This document shows, in pieces, positions 29,289-39,155 of a stretch of 64,000 bases of DNA; position 1 is the first letter of the stretch; the number at the start of each line of letters is the position of its first letter. Source of the stretch: Clostridia bacterium (GTDB lineage: Bacteria > Bacillota > Clostridia > Acetivibrionales > JAFADI01); assembly GCA_026418695.1 (NCBI GenBank), contig JAOAAU010000148.1, positions 16,354 to 80,353 on the forward strand. The letters are read 5' to 3'. The notes beneath the pieces were generated by a model. The model was given only the letters and a program-made list of their open reading frames with translations. It ran no database searches and was not told the origin of the DNA. The position numbers and the translations under genes were made by a program.

Positions 29289-29531
29289 TTATTCCCCGGA
29301 ATGAACTTCCCCATAACGACAATAAATTCTGGCTTTACCCCTTACCTTCATCGCCGAGGTAATTTCAGTAAACTGCACCAGTAGGACTTCACCCTTGTCT
29401 AACTTTTCTGTATGATGAAATTTGGTGTCTCTACCCCGGGTTAACCCGATGATATTCACCCCATTTTCTTCGGCTTTAATCACAATATAGTCTCCCATGA
29501 TACTTTCAAAGTCTTTTTCCAATAAAACCAC
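29289..29531 (-). CDS. mtrB: trp RNA-binding attenuation protein (TRAP)
   Basis: The core [54 protein letters not shown] is roughly two-thirds identical to B. subtilis MtrB as I recall it. It keeps the GLTRG/TxFHH tryptophan loops and the K..K.R RNA-contact residues. The start is ambiguous (GTG 29531, TTG 29522 or ATG 29498). Confidence 0.85.
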   Translation of the reverse strand: MVLLEKDFESIMGDYIVIKAEENGVNIIGLTRGRDTKFHHTEKLDKGEVLLVQFTEITSAMKVRGKARIYCRYGEVHSGE

Positions 29532-29649
29532 CTCGCCTCTTACTATATATTATTTTATTCCAAAAATCAATATTCAACCATGAATAACTCTGTCTATAAA
29601 TTATTTGTTGTCGAAAAACGATACTCCTACATAGCGGGATTCCGACGCA

Positions 29650-32600
29650 CTAAACAACCTTTACATTATCTCCTCCCAAACGCTGTTTCAGCTCTGAAAG
29701 CAGAAACTCGTTCAGGTTCACCCAGTACTCCCTGTCAGCTACCTTAACAGAATTCTCAACCGGGTCAAAAAGGCAAACCGGTGTATTCCCGTTAAAGTAC
29801 TTAAGCATCGAAAGAATGGGTTTCATTCCTTGTTCATCCGTACCCTGAAGCTTTAGGTAAAGCTTTTGGGTTTTGATTTTCTGCAAAGGCTTCACATCTT
29901 CACAAATAATCTTCGGCTGTTCCTCTTCTTTTATACTCACTCTGCCCGAAATCAGTACGATATTTTCCTGCTCCAGCATCTTACTGTGCCTTTCGAGGAT
30001 CGTCGGAAAAACGATGATTTCCATGGTACCGTATAAATCTTCCAGTGTCAAAAAAGCCATTAAATTATTGCTTTTTGTAGTTTTGGTTTTCTTATCAATA
30101 ATTATTCCACCAACCGTTACGGACATTCCGTCACTGATGCCTTTTAACTCTTCCAATCCGCCTTCTTCACTGTCCGAATTCATATTCATATTGGCGCTGA
30201 ACAAAGTGACCTGGGTATTGATCTCATTTTCAAATTCACTTAAAGGATGCCCGGAAATATAAAGTCCCAGCATTTCTTTTTCCATGGAAAGCAGCATTTT
30301 GGAAGGGAATTCCTTGATATCCGGATATTCCTCCTGTACCAGTTCCACTTCCTGCTTGACTTCCTTGACTTCAAAAATGGAAAGTTGACCGTCCAGGTTC
30401 CTTTTTTTGCTCTGCTGAATGTTATCGATCATTTTTTCAAAGACCGCCATCAGCTTGGCTCTATAGACACCGAGGGAATCAAAAGCGCCGCACTTGATCA
30501 GGCTTTCTATGCAGCGTTTGTTGATTTCCTTTCCATCCAGCCTCTCACAGTAGTCCCTGAAGCTTTTAAACGCTCCCTTGAGTCTTCTTTCGTGAATAAT
30601 TGCCCGGACTGCGTTTTCTCCGACATTCTTTACTGCTGCCAGCCCAAACCTGATTTTCCCGTTCACTACCGTGAATTTGACATCACTTTCATTGATATCC
30701 GGTGATAATACCTCAATATTCATCGCCTTGCACTCGTGAACATATTGAGACACCTTGTCACTGCTCCCAAGAAAACTGTTTAAGAGTGCCGCCATAAATT
30801 CAACCGGATAGTAAGTTTTGAACCATGCCGTCTGATATGCAACTACGGCGTAGGCAGCAGCATGAGACTTATTAAAGGCATAGCTTGCAAAATCCATCAT
30901 TTCGTCAAAAATCTTATTGGCCGTCTTTTCATCGACGCCATTTCGAACAGCACCATTAACGACAGTATTCCCTTTTTCATCGATAATCCCGTGAATAAAG
31001 TTCTGCCGTTCCTGCTCCATCACACTCATTTTCTTTTTGGACATGGCTCTTCGAACCAGATCCGAACGTCCCATGGAGTAGCCTGCCAGCTCACGAACAA
31101 TCTGCATAACCTGTTCCTGGTAAACCATACAGCCATAGGTGACATTCAAAATCTTTTCCAGGAGCGGATGGTGGTATTTTATCTTTGAGGAATTATTTTT
31201 GTTCTGTATATACCTTGGGATCTGATCCATCGGGCCCGGACGGTACAGTGATATTCCTGCAATGATGTCTTCCAGAGAGGATGGCTGCAGTTCCTTCATA
31301 AACTGAGTCATTCCAGCGCTTTCCAACTGAAACACGCCTGCAGTTTTTCCCTCACTGATCAGCTTGTAAACTGTCGGATCATCCATATTGATGGTACTCA
31401 CATCCATCTCGATGCCATAGTTATTCTTGACCAGTTCGACGGCATCTCTGATCACAGTCAGTGTTCTGAGACCGAGAAAGTCCATCTTTAGAAGTCCCAG
31501 TTCTTCCAATAGTCCCATAGTAAACTGAGTAGTTACACTGTCCTCGTTTTTTTGCAACGGCACATACTCTGTGATGGGTTCTTTGGAAATCACCACTCCG
31601 GCGGCATGGGTTGAAGCATGCCTGGGCATGCCCTCCAATAACCGGGCGGTATTAATCAATTCCTCAATCCTTGAATCATCATCAAATTTTTTTCTAAGTT
31701 CAGGGTTCATTTCCAGGGCTTTATCAATATTCATTCCGATTTGAAAGGGAATCATTTTTGCGACCATATCTACTTCATTATACGGAATGTCTAATGCCCT
31801 TCCTACGTCGCGTATGGCTGCCCTTGCGGCCATGGTACCAAAGGTGATGATTTGTGCGACCCGGTCCTCACCATACTTCCGAACCACATAATCAATCACC
31901 TCCTGTCTTCTTTCGAAGCAGAAGTCTATATCGATATCAGGCATGCTGATTCTTTCCGGATTAAGAAATCTTTCAAAAAGCAGGCTGTACCGCAAGGGAT
32001 CAACACTTGTAATACCTAGGCAGTATGCAACGAGGCTGCCCGCGGCAGATCCACGTCCCGGGCCTACCATGATCCCATGGTCTTTGGCATATTTGATAAA
32101 GTCCCAGACAATGAGGAAATAATCCACATATCCCATCTGCTTTATAACGCCCAGTTCATATTCCAAACGTTCCTCTTTATCTTCCCAGGATTCTTTATAC
32201 AACTTTTGCAATCCGTTGTAACAAAGCTTCTTTAAGTATTCGAAAGGTTCTTCCGATTCCGGTACTTTAAATTCCGGTAAATGCAGCTTGTTAAATTCCA
32301 GCTCAACATTGCAGCGCTCGGCGATTTTTACTGTGTTTTCGCAAGCCTCAGGAATATTCTTAAACAAATCCCACATCTCTTCCTGAGATTTGACATAGAC
32401 CTCATCGGTAGAAAACCGCATCCTGCTCTCATCATTGATATTCGTTCCAGTCTGGATGCATAAGAGAATTTCATGGGCTTTAGCATCTTCCCGCCTTAGG
32501 TAGTGAGCGTCGTTGGTAGCCACCAACGGGATGCCTGTCTCTTTGCTGAGTTTGAGCATTTTCTGGTTTACGAGATTCTGCTCTTCAATACCGTTGATTT

Positions 32601-33126
32601 GGAGTTCAAGATAAAAATTATCTTTCCCGAAAATCTGATTGAATCTAAGCGCAAGATTTTTCGCCTTCTCATAGTCATTATTCATCAGTGCCTTTGAAAT
32701 ATCTCCGGAAAGGCATGCGCTTAATGCAATCAAACCTTCGCTATAGCGCTCAAGCACTTCAAAATCTATTCTTGGCTTATAGTAGAATCCTTCGGTGAAG
32801 CCGATGGATACAATTTTCATGAGATTACGATACCCGGTCATGTCCTTGGCAAGCAGCACAAGATGCCCCTGGTCGGAATCCATGCCAGGCTGTTTGTCCA
32901 ACCTGCTGCGCTTTGCAGTATACACCTCACAGCCCAAAATAGGTTTGATCCCGCTTTTAACCGCTTCTTTATAAAAATCAATCACACCGTACATGACCCC
33001 ATGATCGGTAATCGCAATACTTCCCATCCCCAATTCCACGCTGCGCTTCATCAGGTCCCGGATCCGGTTGGCACCGTCCAGCAAACTATATTCGGTATGA
33101 ACATGCAGATGTACAAAGCTTCTCAT
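29650..33126 (-). CDS. dnaE: DNA polymerase III alpha subunit (DnaE type)
   Basis: 1158 aa. PHP domain FVHLHVHTEYSLLDG, followed by polymerase core and OB-fold regions. Confidence 0.97.
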   Translation of the reverse strand: MRSFVHLHVHTEYSLLDGANRIRDLMKRSVELGMGSIAITDHGVMYGVIDFYKEAVKSGIKPILGCEVYTAKRSRLDKQPGMDSDQGHLVLLAKDMTGYRNLMKIVSIGFTEGFYYKPRIDFEVLERYSEGLIALSACLSGDISKALMNNDYEKAKNLALRFNQIFGKDNFYLELQINGIEEQNLVNQKMLKLSKETGIPLVATNDAHYLRREDAKAHEILLCIQTGTNINDESRMRFSTDEVYVKSQEEMWDLFKNIPEACENTVKIAERCNVELEFNKLHLPEFKVPESEEPFEYLKKLCYNGLQKLYKESWEDKEERLEYELGVIKQMGYVDYFLIVWDFIKYAKDHGIMVGPGRGSAAGSLVAYCLGITSVDPLRYSLLFERFLNPERISMPDIDIDFCFERRQEVIDYVVRKYGEDRVAQIITFGTMAARAAIRDVGRALDIPYNEVDMVAKMIPFQIGMNIDKALEMNPELRKKFDDDSRIEELINTARLLEGMPRHASTHAAGVVISKEPITEYVPLQKNEDSVTTQFTMGLLEELGLLKMDFLGLRTLTVIRDAVELVKNNYGIEMDVSTINMDDPTVYKLISEGKTAGVFQLESAGMTQFMKELQPSSLEDIIAGISLYRPGPMDQIPRYIQNKNNSSKIKYHHPLLEKILNVTYGCMVYQEQVMQIVRELAGYSMGRSDLVRRAMSKKKMSVMEQERQNFIHGIIDEKGNTVVNGAVRNGVDEKTANKIFDEMMDFASYAFNKSHAAAYAVVAYQTAWFKTYYPVEFMAALLNSFLGSSDKVSQYVHECKAMNIEVLSPDINESDVKFTVVNGKIRFGLAAVKNVGENAVRAIIHERRLKGAFKSFRDYCERLDGKEINKRCIESLIKCGAFDSLGVYRAKLMAVFEKMIDNIQQSKKRNLDGQLSIFEVKEVKQEVELVQEEYPDIKEFPSKMLLSMEKEMLGLYISGHPLSEFENEINTQVTLFSANMNMNSDSEEGGLEELKGISDGMSVTVGGIIIDKKTKTTKSNNLMAFLTLEDLYGTMEIIVFPTILERHSKMLEQENIVLISGRVSIKEEEQPKIICEDVKPLQKIKTQKLYLKLQGTDEQGMKPILSMLKYFNGNTPVCLFDPVENSVKVADREYWVNLNEFLLSELKQRLGGDNVKVV

Positions 33127-33171
33127 CTTATCATCCTGTCTGTGTGTTTTAGACTTCTTACATTATAACAC

Positions 33172-33207
33172 AAAAAGAGTCAACCTATTAAATCCTTTGA
33201 CTCTTTT
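33172..33207 (-). terminator. Intrinsic terminator downstream of HD-GYP paralog 2
   Basis: Stem AAAGAGTCAA / TTGACTCTTT, followed on the minus strand by TTTTTGTG. Confidence 0.55.
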
Positions 33208-33291
33208 GATCTTATCCATGGTCTGTATTTTTTTGTCTGTGAGGGTACAAGCTTTTCAAGAAGACTGGTTCTTGCGAGGAATTGTTTTATG

Positions 33292-34356
33292 CTATAACTC
33301 ACAGGAATCCATAATAAATACATTTAACTTCTTTGACAGATCAACATCATAATATGTTGGAAGGCGCTGGCTGTTTTTATCAAAAACCACTCTGACCACC
33401 GGTCTGGTCGGCAGGTTTTTATCGGCCCTGATAACCAGTCCGCGCTCTCGTGTATTTAATACAACCCCGGTTCCAATGGGATAAACTGCAATATATTTGA
33501 TAAATTCCTGAACAATTTCCTTATCAAAATGGTGCGACCCCAGAGAAGTGATATATTCAATCACTTCATGCGGGCGCAATTTCCGCCGGTAAACCCTGTC
33601 GGAGGTTAGTGCATCGTACACATCCGCAATGGCCACAATTCTGGCACATTGATGAATATTATCCCCCCGGAGCTGCAGAGGGTATCCGCTTCCGTCAAAC
33701 CTCTCATGATGCCCGAAAGCAATAAACGCAGATACCATATTGATATTGGAATGATCTTTTAAGATCTCGTATCCGTAAACGGTATGCTTCTTAATTTCTT
33801 CAAACTCTTCTACGGTCAGCTGAGACGGTTTCTTGAGAATTTCTTCAGGGATGCGAAGTTTACCGATATCATGCAGCAGCGCGCCGACCCCAAGGTCCTT
33901 AAGCCGATTTCCCTTTAACCCGAGTCCGATTCCCGTAATTAAAGACAAAATGCAAACATTCACAGAGTGTTCAAACGTATAATCATCTACCGACTTGATA
34001 TTCGCCAAATTCACCAGAATATCGTCATTGGCCAACAGTTCATCGATAATTTTGTTGATGAGTTCCTTGACTTTGTCGCTGCTTAAGGTATCCGCAAAGT
34101 TTTTTTGTTCCATGAGATTCTTTACAATTTGTTTGGCTTCGAGGCGGGTGTTTTCAGAGACTACGTCTACAACTTCCACATCCGATGAAATCTCATCTTC
34201 AATAAAAATCTCCGTAATTCCATTCAACTTTAACCGATCTATAAAGTTGTCCTTGAGTTCTATTCCTGAAGCGAGCAGAATTCTTCCATCGGAAGTAAAG
34301 ATTGTTTTTGCCAGCTTCATTCCAGGAACTAGACTTTCCACCTGCATCCTGCGCAT
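33292..34356 (-). CDS. HD-GYP domain protein (putative c-di-GMP phosphodiesterase), paralog 2
   Basis: HDIGKLRIP and HHERFDGSGYP. Start placed at ATG 34356 (GGAGGA, 5 nt, ATG; MRRMQVESLVPG). Confidence 0.85.
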   Translation of the reverse strand: MRRMQVESLVPGMKLAKTIFTSDGRILLASGIELKDNFIDRLKLNGITEIFIEDEISSDVEVVDVVSENTRLEAKQIVKNLMEQKNFADTLSSDKVKELINKIIDELLANDDILVNLANIKSVDDYTFEHSVNVCILSLITGIGLGLKGNRLKDLGVGALLHDIGKLRIPEEILKKPSQLTVEEFEEIKKHTVYGYEILKDHSNINMVSAFIAFGHHERFDGSGYPLQLRGDNIHQCARIVAIADVYDALTSDRVYRRKLRPHEVIEYITSLGSHHFDKEIVQEFIKYIAVYPIGTGVVLNTRERGLVIRADKNLPTRPVVRVVFDKNSQRLPTYYDVDLSKKLNVFIMDSCEL

Positions 34357-34574
34357 TACTATCCTCCAAAGCCTTATCTTCTGTAAAAATCCGTCTTTCA
34401 TCATCATGGATTCATTACATATTCGACATTATTTATGCAAATCCTTCCGCACAGGGAAATATTATCCGAAATTTTTGTTAAATTTTATAATAAACAGTAC
34501 CATGGTCCTATCTGGTTATGGCCGTTCATAGTACTAAATGCCTAATAAGTATAAAAATCGACACCAGGAAATAC

Positions 34575-34603
34575 TCTACATTGTTTACAATATATGTTAA
34601 AAT
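34575..34603 (+). promoter_or_regulatory. Candidate promoter for the Cys-rich ORF
   Basis: TCTACA (34575-34580), 17-nt spacer ending in TG, TAAAAT (34598-34603). If this promoter is used, the ATG at 34594 is untranscribed and translation starts at a downstream TTG. Confidence 0.35.
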
Positions 34604-35268
34604 ATTGTTTGTCGTATTCGAAAGGACGGTTGTTTGCATTGGCAAAATTCAACTTGGCCAGCAGCATCCCCAATGCTATTGGCAATAACAAATTCATAAA
34701 CTCCATCGCCACCAAACTGGGGTTCATCTCGGATGATAAAGCTTATATCAAGCATTTTGACAGTTATATAGGTCCTAATATATATCACAGGCATCTGGAC
34801 GACTATTTTGTCTGCTGTACTTTTTGCTGCCACTTAAAAAAGTCCAATTGCCATTCCTACTGTTTCAAATGCGGGAAAAATACCTATGAAGAATGTGGTG
34901 TTCTTCTTCCCGGTACTTTTTCCTTCACAGGGAACCATACGAATGACCAGGAAAGTGATCAGCCTCCTTGGATTTTCAGAACACCCTGCACAGGCTTCGA
35001 ACGGCTCAGTGAAAAGAAGTATTTTAAGAATTTCAATTCATATATTCAGTCTATCACCGTAGCCAACTATGAAGCCATGGAAGGAATATTCACGGGTATA
35101 TCCCGTGGAAAGAGCCCGTGCCACATCTGCGCATCGGTGAATATTGAGATTTACAACCACTGCTTATCCCCCGATAGAAACGCTGATAACAAGTACTGCA
35201 ATGAAATCATCGAACAAATCAGCGCCAAGTATAGAGCAATCGCCGGAATGATCAAGTATGTGGAATAA
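34594..35268 (+). CDS. Hypothetical cysteine-rich protein (up to 224 aa; start uncertain)
   Basis: The only long ORF in a 1-kb gap, on the opposite strand to both neighbours. Codon usage looks like that of the flanking genes. It has 14 Cys, including CCTFCCHLKKSNCHSYCFKCGKNTYEEC. There is no SD before ATG 34594. In-frame TTG codons at 34630 and 34639 follow AAAGGA. Confidence 0.5.
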   Translation: MLKYCLSYSKGRLFALAKFNLASSIPNAIGNNKFINSIATKLGFISDDKAYIKHFDSYIGPNIYHRHLDDYFVCCTFCCHLKKSNCHSYCFKCGKNTYEECGVLLPGTFSFTGNHTNDQESDQPPWIFRTPCTGFERLSEKKYFKNFNSYIQSITVANYEAMEGIFTGISRGKSPCHICASVNIEIYNHCLSPDRNADNKYCNEIIEQISAKYRAIAGMIKYVE

Positions 35269-35335
35269 GACCGTTTACATATTCAATCTGAAATCTTGCT
35301 GATATTTACATTCTGCAACTGAAAAATCTTTCCCT

Positions 35336-35367
35336 AAAAATAAAGGGATGGCAATCGCCATCCCTTT
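35336..35367 (-). terminator. Intrinsic terminator of the phosphomutase gene (possibly bidirectional)
   Basis: Stem AAAGGGATGGC / GCCATCCCTTT, followed on the minus strand by ATTTTTAG. Confidence 0.6.
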
Positions 35368-35381
35368 GAATTTGTTATTCA

Positions 35382-37127
35382 TCATGCTTCATACAACAGT
35401 GGTTTTACTACACTGAGTACATTTTCCTTTAAAGTCTCAAGTTTCTTTTCAGAAGCTTCCAATGTTGCATCGGAAACCCCGTAATAGATTTTGATCTTCG
35501 GCTCAGTTCCTGAGGGACGGATACAGAACCAGGAACCATCTTTCATTTCATAGTAGAGCACATCGGATTCCGGCAAAGTCAGAATGTCCTTTGTTCCCTT
35601 TGCAAGATCATATCTCGCACTGACCTGATAGTCCCTGATGGCCGCCACTTCAGCCCCGCTGAAGCTGGAAGGCTTTCTTTCTCTCAGCTCGTTCATGGTG
35701 TACTTGATTCTTTCTATGCCGGCTTTTCCTTCTAATGTAAAGGAATTAATTCCTTCCAGGGAATATCCGTATTTCTTGAATATTTCCTGAAGTCCTTCGT
35801 ATAGTGACATCCCTCTGGATTTGTAGTAAGCAGCCATTTCAGCGATCAGCATGGATGCAACAACGCCATCCTTGTCTCTTGCAAAAGTTCCGGCAAGGTA
35901 GCCGTAGCTTTCTTCAAAACCGAACAGGTATTTCTTGTCTCCCTGCTCATCCATCTGCATGATTTTTTCTCCGATGAATTTAAATCCGGTTAATACTTCA
36001 ACCAATTCTATATCATAGTGATCTGCAATTGCTCTTGATAGCTCAGTGGTTACAATGGTCTTCACAACAAAACCATTGGCAGGTAGTTCTCCTTTGGCTT
36101 TCTTCTGGGATAATACATATTCGGTCAGAAGGCAGCCTGTCTGGTTTCCTGTTAAAACCACATATTCCCCGCCGGCATTTCTGACAACAACCCCAACTCT
36201 GTCGCAATCCGGGTCCGTACCAATAATCAGATCCACATCTTCCTTTTTAGCCAACTCAATGGCAATAGCGAAAGCGCTTTTTTCTTCCGGGTTGGGTGAT
36301 TTTACCGTTGAAAACGCTGAATCTGGTTTTTCCTGTTCTTTTACAACCAGAACATTCTTAAAGCCGATTTCATCCAGGATTCTTCTTACAGGCTTGTTTC
36401 CTGTTCCATGGATCGGGGTATAGACGATCTTGAAGGTCTCTCCAAGTTTTTTCACTAAATCCGGATTGATGGAAAGGGTCTTAAGTTTGGAGATATAGCT
36501 GTCATCGATGTCTTTGCCGATCATCTGGAGAAGGCCTTTGGCAATCGCCTCTTCCTTTTCAAGGAGATTCACCTTTGTGATGTCACTGATTTTATTGATC
36601 TCCGCCAATACAGCATTGGAACCTTCCAAAGACATCTGTCCGCCATCATCGCCATAGACTTTGTATCCGTTATATTCCTTTGGGTTGTGACTAGCTGTGA
36701 TAACAATACCTGCAGCCGCACCCAATTCTCTTACCGCAAAAGAAAGTTCCGGGGTAGGTCTGAGTTCATCAAAGAGATACGCCTTAATACCATTTCCCGC
36801 AAAAATCTTTGCTGATTCCAGTGCAAATTCAGGAGATTTGAAGCGGGAGTCATAGGCAATGACAATTCCTCTCTTTTTAGCGTCCTCTCCCTGACTGCTT
36901 ATGTAATTGGCAAGTCCCTGGGATGCCTTCCTTACGGTGTAGATGTTCATCCTGTTGGTTCCTGCACCGATAATTCCCCTTAATCCTCCGGTTCCGAATT
37001 CCAGATCTCTATAGAATCTTTCCTCGATCTCTTTAGGGTCATCCTTTATTTTATTTAGTTCTTCTTTGGTTTCTTTATCAAAATACTCATTTTCCAGCCA
37101 AAACTTGTAGATTGTATTGCTGTCCAT
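35382..37127 (-). CDS. Phosphoglucomutase/phosphomannomutase (alpha-D-phosphohexomutase, PgcA-like)
   Basis: 581 aa. Active-site loop TASHNPKEYNGYK and metal loop GTDPDCDR. Confidence 0.9.
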   Translation of the reverse strand: MDSNTIYKFWLENEYFDKETKEELNKIKDDPKEIEERFYRDLEFGTGGLRGIIGAGTNRMNIYTVRKASQGLANYISSQGEDAKKRGIVIAYDSRFKSPEFALESAKIFAGNGIKAYLFDELRPTPELSFAVRELGAAAGIVITASHNPKEYNGYKVYGDDGGQMSLEGSNAVLAEINKISDITKVNLLEKEEAIAKGLLQMIGKDIDDSYISKLKTLSINPDLVKKLGETFKIVYTPIHGTGNKPVRRILDEIGFKNVLVVKEQEKPDSAFSTVKSPNPEEKSAFAIAIELAKKEDVDLIIGTDPDCDRVGVVVRNAGGEYVVLTGNQTGCLLTEYVLSQKKAKGELPANGFVVKTIVTTELSRAIADHYDIELVEVLTGFKFIGEKIMQMDEQGDKKYLFGFEESYGYLAGTFARDKDGVVASMLIAEMAAYYKSRGMSLYEGLQEIFKKYGYSLEGINSFTLEGKAGIERIKYTMNELRERKPSSFSGAEVAAIRDYQVSARYDLAKGTKDILTLPESDVLYYEMKDGSWFCIRPSGTEPKIKIYYGVSDATLEASEKKLETLKENVLSVVKPLLYEA

Positions 37128-37284
37128 TGTTTTCCTCCTTGCGCTGATTTTACGTTATTTAGTATAACATAATTTTACTTTATTACAACTCAAAAGTTCT
37201 TTTCCCAAATGTAAACTTTGGAAACAAAAACCCGGAACGCAAATATTATGTGTCCCGGGTTAAGTGTTTCTGTTCTTATTTTCT

Positions 37285-38175
37285 TTATTCCTTTACAGCT
37301 CCTGCTGTGATCCCTGAGAAGATATATTTTTGGAATATTAAGAAGATGATTAGCGTCGGGAGCATTACAATCATGATGGCCGCGCTAAGGGTCTCCCACG
37401 AGCCGGATCGCTGATTACTGAAATCCATTAGCGTTGTGGTCATGGTACGAAGGTTTGCAGCCGGCATATATAGATAAGGAATATACATATCGTTGAGTAT
37501 ATCTACGGTCTTAATGATCGCTAAAGTTGCTGTAGCCGGCAATAACAACGGGAAAATGATCTTCCAAAAGATACCGTAGTATGAACATCCATCCATCATG
37601 GCGCTTTCATCCAGTGAAATGGAGATTTTCTCGACGAACTGGGTATAGATGTATATTTGCATCAAATCCGCCGCTGCATAAATAATGATAGGCGCAAGCA
37701 AGGTATTATATACTTTGAAATCACCTACCTGCATGCTGTGAATAATCGGGAATCTTGCTATTTCGGTGATCAGTGTCGGTATGATCATGCCCAGCATGAA
37801 TAATCCGAAAACAGCTTTTTTAAATCTGAAATTAAACCTGTTCAACACATAGGCAGTCATCGCCCCAAGAAGAGAATTTATAACGATACTGACGGCCACA
37901 AGAATCAGTGAATTCTTTAGCCCCAATAATATTTTTCCTTCTGTAAATACAGTCTTATAGGTCTCAAAATTAAGGCTTGTAAGTGCCGGCGGCTTCAATG
38001 GAAATTCTTCCCCCAGCTGAATCGCTGTTTTAAAGGATGCAAAGAGTGTAATGATGATCGGCAGAAAAACGATCACGGCAATTGCGATCAGCAATAGATA
38101 ACTTAGCAGCTTTGATATCTCAACTTTTTTAGATAATTTCATCTCCGGGCTTTTCATCGTCAACTCTGTTCTCAT
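37285..38175 (-). CDS. Carbohydrate ABC transporter permease
   Basis: 6-TM MalG-like permease. An ATGA start/stop overlap links it to the upstream permease. Confidence 0.9.
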   Translation of the reverse strand: MRTELTMKSPEMKLSKKVEISKLLSYLLLIAIAVIVFLPIIITLFASFKTAIQLGEEFPLKPPALTSLNFETYKTVFTEGKILLGLKNSLILVAVSIVINSLLGAMTAYVLNRFNFRFKKAVFGLFMLGMIIPTLITEIARFPIIHSMQVGDFKVYNTLLAPIIIYAAADLMQIYIYTQFVEKISISLDESAMMDGCSYYGIFWKIIFPLLLPATATLAIIKTVDILNDMYIPYLYMPAANLRTMTTTLMDFSNQRSGSWETLSAAIMIVMLPTLIIFLIFQKYIFSGITAGAVKE

Positions 38176-39059
38176 AGCCTTTTCCCCCCAAAATGAAATA
38201 TCTTGTTCTGTAGCCAGCTTAGTATCACGATCATGAACAATAAGGTAACACCCATTGCAGAGGCCATCCCAAAATTATTATAAGTAAAAGCCGTTGTCAG
38301 GGTATATACGGTAAAGGTACTGCTTGCGTATCCGGGGCCTCCACCTGTAACAACAAAAGGTATATCGAACACTTGCAGCGCTCCTCTCATATTATGGAAG
38401 AGGATGAATTCTATTACCAGTGTAATACTGGGTACAATGATATGTAAAAACTTTTGTATGGCATTTGCTCCATCCATTACTGCTGCTTCAATCAATTCCT
38501 TTGGTATGGACTGCAGACCGGCCAGGAACAATATGACATGGAATCCGCAGTACTTCCATAATGAAATGGCAACCAACGAGTAATTGACTACACTTTCTTC
38601 TCCAAGCCAGTTTCTTTGCAAGCCTTCCATCCCTATCGACTTCAGGATCTCGTTAAGCGCTCCGTTAAAAGGACTGTAGAAGAAAGCAAAAGCATAGGCA
38701 ATAGCAACACCATTAATGATATAGGGTAAAAAGGTAATACTCTTGAATATCTTGCTTCCTCTGATTTTGCTGTCCAATAGGATTGCAACCATCAGCTCCA
38801 GCGGTATAAACAAAGCATGTACGTAGAAATAGATCCAGTTGTTTTTTAGCGAATTCCATACATCCGGGGATTCAAACAGAATCTTCCTGAAGTTTTCCAG
38901 ACCTATAAATTCCTTCGTAGTGGTTAATCCATCCCAGCTTGTAAGGCTCATCCTGAACAAGTCAATTGTTGGATACAACACGAACGCCAGGAGAAGCATC
39001 ATCGGAATAAAGAGGAAACTGATGATAAAAATGTTTCTTTGTCTGGCTAATGAGTTCAT
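38172..39059 (-). CDS. Carbohydrate ABC transporter permease
   Basis: MalF-like permease, 295 aa. Confidence 0.9.
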   Translation of the reverse strand: MNSLARQRNIFIISFLFIPMMLLLAFVLYPTIDLFRMSLTSWDGLTTTKEFIGLENFRKILFESPDVWNSLKNNWIYFYVHALFIPLELMVAILLDSKIRGSKIFKSITFLPYIINGVAIAYAFAFFYSPFNGALNEILKSIGMEGLQRNWLGEESVVNYSLVAISLWKYCGFHVILFLAGLQSIPKELIEAAVMDGANAIQKFLHIIVPSITLVIEFILFHNMRGALQVFDIPFVVTGGGPGYASSTFTVYTLTTAFTYNNFGMASAMGVTLLFMIVILSWLQNKIFHFGGKRL

Positions 39060-39155
39060 AGTTCACTTTTCCTCCTTTCATATATTTCATTTTATTTGTA
39101 CAAAGGCGGCTATTAGAGGTTAATAGCCGCCTTTGTACAGCATTTGCAAAGATGT

